A stretch of DNA of 64,000 nucleotides from Eledone cirrhosa. Its lineage: Eukaryota. Positions within the stretch are counted from its first letter, which is position 1. The number at the start of each line of letters is the position of its first letter. Where the stretch lies: assembly GCA_964016885.1 (NCBI GenBank), contig OZ024741.1, positions 395,746,001-395,810,000 on the forward strand. The letters are read 5' to 3'. A model generated the notes under the pieces. The model made no database searches, was not told where the DNA came from, and saw only the letters and a list, made by a program, of their open reading frames with translations. Below are positions 48,101 through 63,100 of this stretch, one piece after another. A program made the translations under genes and the position numbers.

Positions 48101-51100
48101 TACCACCATCTGTAGGTACGTACATATCATGTTATCTTTCTTTTGTTCATTTTACACCTTCTTCCCAATATATTCTTTGAAAAACGACAGTTTACAATTT
48201 CTCATTCACTGAATCAGAAACATCTCTATATAGGCAGATACTCATGTTTTCTCTCATGCTTTTCTTTAAACATGGGACATTAGAATTCATACTACACCTC
48301 AATAATATCATAATGTTAAACTATATTACATGTCACAAAGTAATAGAATAATGTCAATGATTGCATATATTACATTATGAATTCCATATCAACTAGGAAA
48401 CCTGATTCCGTAACCACTTAGTATTACGTGATATTGTTAATTTCATTACTGATTGCAAGATTTCTTTTTCTTTTAAACACAGTAACAACGACCTCACCAC
48501 AATGTGTCATGGCTGATATAATGAGTTATATAGATGCTACAGATATTCAAGTATCAAGTTCGAAATCTGGTCGTCCTACCAGTGATGTACTTCCGGGAGA
48601 TGAAATATGGACGTCGACAAAAACTGACACATTTCCAAAGATTACATTATCTTTTATATCCAACCCTCGTCAAATACAACAACTGAAACTCAGTAAATTA
48701 AACAACGTCAAAGCTTACTCCATTACAGTTTACTTTACAAATAGTCCCTCTTTCAAGAAGGTGAGTATTTTAAAAAGAGATTTAAAGCATCTTTCTATTT
48801 GCTTACTTGTAGACAAATGTTTTGTCTATTTATTTTAAATACATTATTAAATATATATATTGTTGTTATTTATCTATGTCTAGGGAATAATATAGTTATT
48901 ATTTCCTACAGAAATACTTTCAAATATCCCAGTGATATATAATTTAATTTAAATAAAACTGTCCATAAATCATAGATTAATAAATAATTTTCCATTGTCT
49001 CTATTCTATTACTAGTGATGAATCAGTAAATATTTGATTCATATTATATTTTCACACCATATAATATATTTTGTAATGGAGCTACATTATTCTTATGTAA
49101 TCATCAATTTTATCTGTAGATGATAAAACCTGATGCCGTTGCTAATATTCCGGTTGGTAATGATACAGTCGAGACCATCATTGTCGGGCTTATCAAAGCA
49201 GATAGGCAACTATCCGTACAAGCCGAAATGAATGTTTACGAATGTGAAAGTGTAAAAACGACCACAGTTGAAAAGACAACAACAATGTCGACAGTAGCAA
49301 CATCAGCGAAAATCACGTCTACCACTCCAACAATTACTACGAAACCTATTGTGTCTACAACGATGCCACCAACAACACAAAAAAGCACATATTCCATTGC
49401 TACAACTACACCTATTTTATCTACATCTATACCACCATCTGTAGGTACGTACATATCATGTTATCTTTCTTTTGTTCATTTTACACCTTCTTCCCAATAT
49501 ATTCTTTGAAAAACGACAGTTTACAATTTCTCATTCACTGAATCAGAAACATCTCTATATAGGCAGATACTCATGTTTTCTCTCATGGTTTTCTTTAAAC
49601 ATGGGACATTAGAATTCATACTACACCTCAATAATATCATAATGTTAAACTATATTACATGTCACAAAGTAATAGAATAATGTCAATGATTGCATATATT
49701 ACATTATGAATTCCATATCAACTAGGAAACCTGATTCCGTAACCACTTAGTATTACGTGATATTGTTAATTTCATTACTGATTGCAAGATTTCTTTTTCT
49801 TTTAAACACAGTAACAACGACCTCACCACAATGTGTCATGGCTGATATAATGAGTTATATAGATGCTACAGATATTCAAGTATCAAGTTCGAAATCTGGT
49901 CGTCCTACCAGTGATGTACTTCCGGGAGATGAAATATGGACGTCGACAAAAACTGACACATTTCCAAAGATTACATTATCTTTTATATCCAACCCTCGTC
50001 AAATACAACAACTGAAACTCAGTAAATTAAACAACGTCAAAGCTTACTCCATTACAGTTTACTTTACAAATAGTCCCTCTTTCAAGAAGGTGAGTATTTT
50101 AAAAAGAGATTTAAAGCATCTTTCTATTTGCTTACTTGTAGACAAATGTTTTGTCTATTTATTTTAAATACATTATTAAATATATATATTGTTGTTATTT
50201 ATCTATGTCTAGGGAATAATATAGTTATTATTTCCTACAGAAATACTTTCAAATATCCCAGTGATATATAATTTAATTTAAATAAAACTGTCCATAAATC
50301 ATAGATTAATAAATAATTTTCCATTGTCTCTATTCTATTACTAGTGATGAATCAGTAAATATTTGATTCATATTATATTTTCACACCATATAATATATTT
50401 TGTAATGGAGCTACATTATTCTTATGTAATCATCAATTTTATCTGTAGATGATAAAACCTGATGCCGTTGCTAATATTCCGGTTGGTAATGATACAGTCG
50501 AGACCATCATTGTCGGGCTTATCAAAGCAGATAGGCAACTATCCGTACAAGCCGAAATGAATGTTTACGAATGTGAAAGTGTAAAAACGACCACAGTTGA
50601 AAAGACAACAACAATGTCGACAGTAGCAACATCAGCGAAAATCACGTCTACCACTCCAACAATTACTACGAAACCTATTGTGTCTACAACGATGCCACCA
50701 ACAACACAAAAAAGCACATATTCCATTGCTACAACTACACCTATTTTATCTACATCTATACCACCATCTGTAGGTACGTACATATCATGTTATCTTTCTT
50801 TTGTTCATTTTACACCTTCTTCCCAATATATTCTTTGAAAAACGACAGTTTACAATTTCTCATTCACTGAATCAGAAACATCTCTATATAGGCAGATACT
50901 CATGTTTTCTCTCATGGTTTTCTTTAAACATGGGACATTAGAATTCATACTACACCTCAATAATATCATAATGTTAAACTATATTACATGTCACAAAGTA
51001 ATAGAATAATGTCAATGATTGCATATATTACATTATGAATTCCATATCAACTAGGAAACCTGATTCCGTAACCACTTAGTATTACGTGATATTGTTAATT

Positions 51101-54100
51101 TCATTACTGATTGCAAGATTTCTTTTTCTTTTAAACACAGTAACAACGACCTCACCACAATGTGTCATGGCTGATATAATGAGTTATATAGATGCTGCAG
51201 ATATTCAAGTATCAAGTTCGAAATCTGGTCGTCCTACCAGTGATGTACTTCCGGGAGATGAAATATGGACGTCGACAAAAACTGACACATTTCCAAAGAT
51301 TACATTATCTTTTATATCCAACCCTCGTCAAATACAACAACTGAAACTCAGTAAATTAAACAACGTCAAAGCTTACTCCATTACAGTTTACTTTACAAAT
51401 AGTCCCTCTTTCAAGAAGGTGAGTATTTTAAAAAGAGATTTAAAGCATCTTTCTATTTGCTTACTTGTAGACAAATGTTTTGTCTATTTATTTTAAATAC
51501 ATTATTAAATATATATATTGTTGTTATTTATCTATGTCTAGGGAATAATATAGTTATTATTTCCTACAGAAATACTTTCAAATATCCCAGTGATATATAA
51601 TTTAATTTAAATAAAACTGTCCATAAATCATAGATTAATAAATAATTTTCCATTGTCTCTATTCTATTACTAGTGATGAATCAGTAAATATTTGATTCAT
51701 ATTATATTTTCACACCATATAATATATTTTGTAATGGAGCTACATTATTCTTATGTAATCATCAATTTTATCTGTAGATGATAAAACCTGATGCCGTTGC
51801 TAATATTCCGGTTGGTAATGATACAGTCGAGACCATCATTGTCGGGCTTATCAAAGCAGATAGGCAACTATCCGTACAAGCCGAAATGAATGTTTACGAA
51901 TGTGAAAGTGTAAAAACGACCACAGTTGAAAAGACAACAACAATGTCGACAGTAGCAACATCAGCGAAAATCACGTCTACCACTCCAACAATTACTACGA
52001 AACCTATTGTGTCTACAACGATGCCACCAACAACACAAAAAAGCACATATTCCATTGCTACAACTACACCTATTTTATCTACATCTATACCACCATCTGT
52101 AGGTACGTACATATCATGTTATCTTTCTTTTGTTCATTTTACACCTTCTTCCCAATATATTCTTTGAAAAACGACAGTTTACAATTTCTCATTCACTGAA
52201 TCAGAAACATCTCTATATAGGCAGATACTCATGTTTTCTCTCATGGTTTTCTTTAAACATGGGACATTAGAATTCATACTACACCTCAATAATATCATAA
52301 TGTTAAACTATATTACATGTCACAAAGTAATAGAATAATGTCAATGATTGCATATATTACATTATGAATTCCATATCAACTAGGAAACCTGATTCCGTAA
52401 CCACTTAGTATTACGTGATATTGTTAATTTCATTACTGATTGCAAGATTTCTTTTTCTTTTAAACACAGTAACAACGACCTCACCACAATGTGTCATGGC
52501 TGATATAATGAGTTATATAGATGCTACAGATATTCAAGTATCAAGTTCGAAATCTGGTCGTCCTACCAGTGATGTACTTCCGGGAGATGAAATATGGACG
52601 TCGACAAAAACTGACACATTTCCAAAGATTACATTATCTTTTATATCCAACCCTCGTCAAATACAACAACTGAAACTCAGTAAATTAAACAACGTCAAAG
52701 CTTACTCCATTACAGTTTACTTTACAAATAGTCCCTCTTTCAAGAAGGTGAGTATTTTAAAAAGAGATTTAAAGCATCTTTCTATTTGCTTACTTGTAGA
52801 CAAATGTTTTGTCTATTTATTTTAAATACATTATTAAATATATATATTGTTGTTATTTATCTATGTCTAGGGAATAATATAGTTATTATTTCCTACAGAA
52901 ATACTTTCAAATATCCCAGTGATATATAATTTAATTTAAATAAAACTGTCCATAAATCATAGATTAATAAATAATTTTCCATTGTCTCTATTCTATTACT
53001 AGTGATGAATCAGTAAATATTTGATTCATATTATATTTTCACACCATATAATATATTTTGTAATGGAGCTACATTATTCTTATGTAATCATCAATTTTAT
53101 CTGTAGATGATAAAACCTGATGCCGTTGCTAATATTCCGGTTGGTAATGATACAGTCGAGACCATCATTGTCGGGCTTATCAAAGCAGATAGGCAACTAT
53201 CCGTACAAGCCGAAATGAATGTTTACGAATGTGAAAGTGTAAAAACGACCACAGTTGAAAAGACAACAACAATGTCGACAGTAGCAACATCAGCGAAAAT
53301 CACGTCTACCACTCCAACAATTACTACGAAACCTATTGTGTCTACAACGATGCCACCAACAACACAAAAAAGCACATATTCCATTGCTACAACTACACCT
53401 ATTTTATCTACATCTATACCACCATCTGTAGGTACGTACATATCATGTTATCTTTCTTTTGTTCATTTTACACCTTCTTCCCAATATATTCTTTGAAAAA
53501 CGACAGTTTACAATTTCTCATTCACTGAATCAGAAACATCTCTATATAGGCAGATACTCATGTTTTCTCTCATGGTTTTCTTTAAACATGGGACATTAGA
53601 ATTCATACTACACCTCAATAATATCATAATGTTAAACTATATTACATGTCACAAAGTAATAGAATAATGTCAATGATTGCATATATTACATTATGAATTC
53701 CATATCAACTAGGAAACCTGATTCCGTAACCACTTAGTATTACGTGATATTGTTAATTTCATTACTGATTGCAAGATTTCTTTTTCTTTTAAACACAGTA
53801 ACAACGACCTCACCACAATGTGTCATGGCTGATATAATGAGTTATATAGATGCTGCAGATATTCAAGTATCAAGTTCGAAATCTGGTCGTCCTACCAGTG
53901 ATGTACTTCCGGGAGATGAAATATGGACGTCGACAAAAACTGACACATTTCCAAAGATTACATTATCTTTTATATCCAACCCTCGTCAAATACAACAACT
54001 GAAACTCAGTAAATTAAACAACGTCAAAGCTTACTCCATTACAGTTTACTTTACAAATAGTCCCTCTTTCAAGAAGGTGAGTATTTTAAAAAGAGATTTA

Positions 54101-57100
54101 AAGCATCTTTCTATTTGCTTACTTGTAGACAAATGTTTTGTCTATTTATTTTAAATACATTATTAAATATATATATTGTTGTTATTTATCTATGTCTAGG
54201 GAATAATATAGTTATTATTTCCTACAGAAATACTTTCAAATATCCCAGTGATATATAATTTAATTTAAATAAAACTGTCCATAAATCATAGATTAATAAA
54301 TAATTTTCCATTGTCTCTATTCTATTACTAGTGATGAATCAGTAAATATTTGATTCATATTATATTTTCACACCATATAATATATTTTGTAATGGAGCTA
54401 CATTATTCTTATGTAATCATCAATTTTATCTGTAGATGATAAAACCTGATGCCGTTGCTAATATTCCGGTTGGTAATGATACAGTCGAGACCATCATTGT
54501 CGGGCTTATCAAAGCAGATAGGCAACTATCCGTACAAGCCGAAATGAATGTTTACGAATGTGAAAGTGTAAAAACGACCACAGTTGAAAAGACAACAACA
54601 ATGTCGACAGTAGCAACATCAGCGAAAATCACGTCTACCACTCCAACAATTACTACGAAACCTATTGTGTCTACAACGATGCCACCAACAACACAAAAAA
54701 GCACATATTCCATTGCTACAACTACACCTATTTTATCTACATCTATACCACCATCTGTAGGTACGTACATATCATGTTATCTTTCTTTTGTTCATTTTAC
54801 ACCTTCTTCCCAATATATTCTTTGAAAAACGACAGTTTACAATTTCTCATTCACTGAATCAGAAACATCTCTATATAGGCAGATACTCATGTTTTCTCTC
54901 ATGGTTTTCTTTAAACATGGGACATTAGAATTCATACTACACCTCAATAATATCATAATGTTAAACTATATTACATGTCACAAAGTAATAGAATAATGTC
55001 AATGATTGCATATATTACATTATGAATTCCATATCAACTAGGAAACCTGATTCCGTAACCACTTAGTATTACGTGATATTGTTAATTTCATTACTGATTG
55101 CAAGATTTCTTTTTCTTTTAAACACAGTAACAACGACCTCACCACAATGTGTCATGGCTGATATAATGAGTTATATAGATGCTGCAGATATTCAAGTATC
55201 AAGTTCGAAATCTGGTCGTCCTACCAGTGATGTACTTCCGGGAGATGAAATATGGACGTCGACAAAAACTGACACATTTCCAAAGATTACATTATCTTTT
55301 ATATCCAACCCTCGTCAAATACAACAACTGAAACTCAGTAAATTAAACAACGTCAAAGCTTACTCCATTACAGTTTACTTTACAAATAGTCCCTCTTTCA
55401 AGAAGGTGAGTATTTTAAAAAGAGATTTAAAGCATCTTTCTATTTGCTTACTTGTAGACAAATGTTTTGTCTATTTATTTTAAATACATTATTAAATATA
55501 TATATTGTTGTTATTTATCTATGTCTAGGGAATAATATAGTTATTATTTCCTACAGAAATACTTTCAAATATCCCAGTGATATATAATTTAATTTAAATA
55601 AAACTGTCCATAAATCATAGATTAATAAATAATTTTCCATTGTCTCTATTCTATTACTAGTGATGAATCAGTAAATATTTGATTCATATTATATTTTCAC
55701 ACCATATAATATATTTTGTAATGGAGCTACATTATTCTTATGTAATCATCAATTTTATCTGTAGATGATAAAACCTGATGCCGTTGCTAATATTCCGGTT
55801 GGTAATGATACAGTCGAGACCATCATTGTCGGGCTTATCAAAGCAGATAGGCAACTATCCGTACAAGCCGAAATGAATGTTTACGAATGTGAAAGTGTAA
55901 AAACGACCACAGTTGAAAAGACAACAACAATGTCGACAGTAGCAACATCAGCGAAAATCACGTCTACCACTCCAACAATTACTACGAAACCTATTGTGTC
56001 TACAACGATGCCACCAACAACACAAAAAAGCACATATTCCATTGCTACAACTACACCTATTTTATCTACATCTATACCACCATCTGTAGGTACGTACATA
56101 TCATGTTATCTTTCTTTTGTTCATTTTACACCTTCTTCCCAATATATTCTTTGAAAAACGACAGTTTACAATTTCTCATTCACTGAATCAGAAACATCTC
56201 TATATAGGCAGATACTCATGTTTTCTCTCATGGTTTTCTTTAAACATGGGACATTAGAATTCATACTACACCTCAATAATATCATAATGTTAAACTATAT
56301 TACATGTCACAAAGTAATAGAATAATGTCAATGATTGCATATATTACATTATGAATTCCATATCAACTAGGAAACCTGATTCCGTAACCACTTAGTATTA
56401 CGTGATATTGTTAATTTCATTACTGATTGCAAGATTTCTTTTTCTTTTAAACACAGTAACAACGACCTCACCACAATGTGTCATGGCTGATATAATGAGT
56501 TATATAGATGCTACAGATATTCAAGTATCAAGTTCGAAATCTGGTCGTCCTACCAGTGATGTACTTCCGGGAGATGAAATATGGACGTCGACAAAAACTG
56601 ACACATTTCCAAAGATTACATTATCTTTTATATCCAACCCTCGTCAAATACAACAACTGAAACTCAGTAAATTAAACAACGTCAAAGCTTACTCCATTAC
56701 AGTTTACTTTACAAATAGTCCCTCTTTCAAGAAGGTGAGTATTTTAAAAAGAGATTTAAAGCATCTTTCTATTTGCTTACTTGTAGACAAATGTTTTGTC
56801 TATTTATTTTAAATACATTATTAAATATATATATTGTTGTTATTTATCTATGTCTAGGGAATAATATAGTTATTATTTCCTACAGAAATACTTTCAAATA
56901 TCCCAGTGATATATAATTTAATTTAAATAAAACTGTCCATAAATCATAGATTAATAAATAATTTTCCATTGTCTCTATTCTATTACTAGTGATGAATCAG
57001 TAAATATTTGATTCATATTATATTTTCACACCATATAATATATTTTGTAATGGAGCTACATTATTCTTATGTAATCATCAATTTTATCTGTAGATGATAA

Positions 57101-60100
57101 AACCTGATGCCGTTGCTAATATTCCGGTTGGTAATGATACAGTCGAGACCATCATTGTCGGGCTTATCAAAGCAGATAGGCAACTATCCGTACAAGCCGA
57201 AATGAATGTTTACGAATGTGAAAGTGTAAAAACGACCACAGTTGAAAAGACAACAACAATGTCGACAGTAGCAACATCAGCGAAAATCACGTCTACCACT
57301 CCAACAATTACTACGAAACCTATTGTGTCTACAACGATGCCACCAACAACACAAAAAAGCACATATTCCATTGCTACAACTACACCTATTTTATCTACAT
57401 CTATACCACCATCTGTAGGTACGTACATATCATGTTATCTTTCTTTTGTTCATTTTACACCTTCTTCCCAATATATTCTTTGAAAAACGACAGTTTACAA
57501 TTTCTCATTCACTGAATCAGAAACATCTCTATATAGGCAGATACTCATGTTTTCTCTCATGGTTTTCTTTAAACATGGGACATTAGAATTCATACTACAC
57601 CTCAATAATATCATAATGTTAAACTATATTATATGTCACAAAGTAATAGAATAATGTCAATGATTGCATATATTACATTATGAATTCCATAACAACTAGG
57701 AAACCTGATTCCGTAACCACTTAGTATTACGTGATATTGTTAATTTCATTACTGATTGCAAGATTTCTTTTTCTTTTAAACACAGTAACAACGACCTCAC
57801 CACAATGTGTCATGGCTGATATAATGAGTTATATAGATGCTGCAGATATTCAAGTATCAAGTTCGAAATCTGGTCGTCCTACCAGTGATGTACTTCCGGG
57901 AGATGAAATATGGACGTCGACAAAAACTGACACATTTCCAAAGATTACATTATCTTTTATATCCAACCCTCGTCAAATACAACAACTGAAACTCAGTAAA
58001 TTAAACAACGTCAAAGCTTACTCCATTACAGTTTACTTTACAAATAGTCCCTCTTTCAAGAAGGTGAGTATTTTAAAAAGAGATTTAAAGCATCTTTCTA
58101 TTTGCTTACTTGTAGACAAATGTTTTGTCTATTTATTTTAAATACATTATTAAATATATATATTGTTGTTATTTATCTATGTCTAGGGAATAATATAGTT
58201 ATTATTTCCTACAGAAATACTTTCAAATATCCCAGTGATATATAATTTAATTTAAATAAAACTGTCCATAAATCATAGATTAATAAATAATTTTCCATTG
58301 TCTCTATTCTATTACTAGTGATGAATCAGTAAATATTTGATTCATATTATATTTTCACACCATATAATATATTTTGTAATGGAGCTACATTATTCTTATG
58401 TAATCATCAATTTTATCTGTAGATGATAAAACCTGATGCCGTTGCTAATATTCCGGTTGGTAATGATACAGTCGAGACCATCATTGTCGGGCTTATCAAA
58501 GCAGATAGGCAACTATCCGTACAAGCCGAAATGAATGTTTACGAATGTGAAAGTGTAAAAACGACCACAGTTGAAAAGACAACAACAATGTCGACAGTAG
58601 CAACATCAGCGAAAATCACGTCTGCCACTCCAACAATTACTACGAAACCTATTGTGTCTACAACGATGCCACCAACAACACAAAAAAGCACATATTCCAT
58701 TGCTACAACTACACCTATTTTATCTACATCTATACCACCATCTGTAGGTACGTACATATCATGTTATCTTTCTTTTGTTCATTTTACACCTTCTTCCCAA
58801 TATATTCTTTGAAAAACGACAGTTTACAATTTCTCATTCACTGAATCAGAAACATCTCTATATAGGCAGATACTCATGTTTTCTCTCATGGTTTTCTTTA
58901 AACATGGGACATTAGAATTCATACTACACCTCAATAATATCATAATGTTAAACTATATTACATGTCACAAAGTAATAGAATAATGTCAATGATTGCATAT
59001 ATTACATTATGAATTCCATATCAACTAGGAAACCTGATTCCGTAACCACTTAGTATTACGTGATATTGTTAATTTCATTACTGATTGCAAGATTTCTTTT
59101 TCTTTTAAACACAGTAACAACGACCTCACCACAATGTGTCATGGCTGATATAATGAGTTATATAGATGCTGCAGATATTCAAGTATCAAGTTCGAAATCT
59201 GGTCGTCCTACCAGTGATGTACTTCCGGGAGATGAAATATGGACGTCGACAAAAACTGACACATTTCCAAAGATTACATTATCTTTTATATCCAACCCTC
59301 GTCAAATACAACAACTGAAACTCAGTAAATTAAACAACGTCAAAGCTTACTCCATTACAGTTTACTTTACAAATAGTCCCTCTTTCAAGAAGGTGAGTAT
59401 TTTAAAAAGAGATTTAAAGCATCTTTCTATTTGCTTACTTGTAGACAAATGTTTTGTCTATTTATTTTAAATACATTATTAAATATATATATTGTTGTTA
59501 TTTATCTATGTCTAGGGAATAATATAGTTATTATTTCCTACAGAAATACTTTCAAATATCCCAGTGATATATAATTTAATTTAAATAAAACTGTCCATAA
59601 ATCATAGATTAATAAATAATTTTCCATTGTCTCTATTCTATTACTAGTGATGAATCAGTAAATATTTGATTCATATTATATTTTCACACCATATAATATA
59701 TTTTGTAATGGAGCTACATTATTCTTATGTAATCATCAATTTTATCTGTAGATGATAAAACCTGATGCCGTTGCTAATATTCCGGTTGGTAATGATACAG
59801 TCGAGACCATCATTGTCGGGCTTATCAAAGCAGATAGGCAACTATCCGTACAAGCCGAAATGAATGTTTACGAATGTGAAAGTGTAAAAACGACCACAGT
59901 TGAAAAGACAACAACAATGTCGACAGTAGCAACATCAGCGAAAATCACGTCTGCCACTCCAACAATTACTACGAAACCTATTGTGTCTACAACGATGCCA
60001 CCAACAACACAAAAAAGCACATATTCCATTGCTACAACTACACCTATTTTATCTACATCTATACCACCATCTGTAGGTACGTACATATCATGTTATCTTT

Positions 60101-63100
60101 CTTTTGTTCATTTTACACCTTCTTCCCAATATATTCTTTGAAAAACGACAGTTTACAATTTCTCATTCACTGAATCAGAAACATCTCTATATAGGCAGAT
60201 ACTCATGTTTTCTCTCATGGTTTTCTTTAAACATGGGACATTAGAATTCATACTACACCTCAATAATATCATAATGTTAAACTATATTACATGTCACAAA
60301 GTAATAGAATAATGTCAATGATTGCATATATTACATTATGAATTCCATATCAACTAGGAAACCTGATTCCGTAACCACTTAGTATTACGTGATATTGTTA
60401 ATTTCATTACTGATTGCAAGATTTCTTTTTCTTTTAAACACAGTAACAACGACCTCACCACAATGTGTCATGGCTGATATAATGAGTTATATAGATGCTG
60501 CAGATATTCAAGTATCAAGTTCGAAATCTGGTCGTCCTACCAGTGATGTACTTCCGGGAGATGAAATATGGACGTCGACAAAAACTGACACATTTCCAAA
60601 GATTACATTATCTTTTATATCCAACCCTCGTCAAATACAACAACTGAAACTCAGTAAATTAAACAACGTCAAAGCTTACTCCATTACAGTTTACTTTACA
60701 AATAGTCCCTCTTTCAAGAAGGTGAGTATTTTAAAAAGAGATTTAAAGCATCTTTCTATTTGCTTACTTGTAGACAAATGTTTTGTCTATTTATTTTAAA
60801 TACATTATTAAATATATATATTGTTGTTATTTATCTATGTCTAGGGAATAATATAGTTATTATTTCCTACAGAAATACTTTCAAATATCCCAGTGATATA
60901 TAATTTAATTTAAATAAAACTGTCCATAAATCATAGATTAATAAATAATTTTGCATTGTCTCTATTCTATTACTAGTGATGAATCAGTAAATATTTGATT
61001 CATATTATATTTTCACACCATATAATATATTTTGTAATGGAGCTACATTATTCTTATGTAATCATCAATTTTATCTGTAGATGATAAAACCTGATGCCGT
61101 TGCTAATATTCCGGTTGGTAATGATACAGTCGAGACCATCATTGTCGGGCTTATCAAAGCAGATAGGCAACTATCCGTACAAGCCGAAATGAATGTTTAC
61201 GAATGTGAAAGTGTAAAAACGACCACAGTTGAAAAGACAACAACAATGTCGACAGTAGCAACATCAGCGAAAATCACGTCTGCCACTCCAACAATTACTA
61301 CGAAACCTATTGTGTCTACAACGATGCCACCAACAACACAAAAAAGCACATATTCCATTGCTACAACTACACCTATTTTATCTACATCTATACCACCATC
61401 TGTAGGTACGTACATATCATGTTATCTTTCTTTTGTTCATTTTACACCTTCTTCCCAATATATTCTTTGAAAAACGACAGTTTACTATTTCTCATTCACT
61501 GAATCAGAAACATCTCTATATAGGCAGATACTCATGTTTTCTCTCATGGTTTTCTTTAAACATGGGACATTAGAATTCATACTACACCTCAATAATATCA
61601 TAATGTTAAACTATATTATATGTCACAAAGTAATAGAATAATGTCAATGATTGCATATATTACATTATGAATTCCATAACAACTAGGAAACCTGATTCCG
61701 TAACCACTTAGTATTACGTGATATTGTTAATTTCATTACTGATTGCAAGATTTCTTTTTCTTTTAAACACAGTAACAACGACCTCACCACAATGTGTCAT
61801 GGCTGATATAATGAGTTATATAGATGCTGCAGATATTCAAGTATCAAGTTCGAAATCTGGTCGTCCTACCAGTGATGTACTTCCGGGAGATGAAATATGG
61901 ACGTCGACAAAAACTGACACATTTCCAAAGATTACATTATCTTTTATATCCAACCCTCGTCAAATACAACAACTGAAACTCAGTAAATTAAACAACGTCA
62001 AAGCTTACTCCATTACAGTTTACTTTACAAATAGTCCCTCTTTCAAGAAGGTGAGTATTTTAAAAAGAGATTTAAAGCATCTTTCTATTTGCTTACTTGT
62101 AGACAAATGTTTTGTCTATTTATTTTAAATACATTATTAAATATATATATTGTTGTTATTTATCTATGTCTAGGGAATAATATAGTTATTATTTCCTACA
62201 GAAATACTTTCAAATATCCCAGTGATATATAATTTAATTTAAATAAAACTGTCCATAAATCATAGATTAATAAATAATTTTCCATTGTCTCTATTCTATT
62301 ACTAGTGATGAATCACTAAATATTTGATTCATATTATATTTTCACACCATATAATATATTTTGTAATGGAGCTACATTATTCTTATGTAATCATCAATTT
62401 TATCTGTAGATGATAAAACCTGATGCCGTTGCTAATATTCCGGTTGGTAATGATACAGTCGAGACCATCATTGTCGGGCTTATCAAAGCAGATAGGCAAC
62501 TATCCGTACAAGCCGAAATGAATGTTTACGAATGTGAAAGTGTAAAAACGACCACAGTTGAAAAGACAACAACAATGTCGACAGTAGCAACATCAGCGAA
62601 AATCACGTCTGCCACTCCAACAATTACTACGAAACCTATTGTGTCTACAACGATGCCACCAACAACACAAAAAAGCACATATTCCATTGCTACAACTACA
62701 CCTATTTTATCTACATCTATACCACCATCTGTAGGTACGTACATATCATGTTATCTTTCTTTTGTTCATTTTACACCTTCTTCCCAATATATTCTTTGAA
62801 AAACGACAGTTTACAATTTCTCATTCACTGAATCAGAAACATCTCTATATAGGCAGATACTCATGTTTTCTCTCATGGTTTTCTTTAAACATGGGACATT
62901 AGAATTCATACTACACCTCAATAATATCATAATGTTAAACTATATTACATGTCACAAAGTAATAGAATAATGTCAATGATTGCATATATTACATTATGAA
63001 TTCCATATCAACTAGGAAACCTGATTCCGTAACCACTTAGTATTACGTGATATTGTTAATTTCATTACTGATTGCAAGATTTCTTTTTCTTTTAAACACA

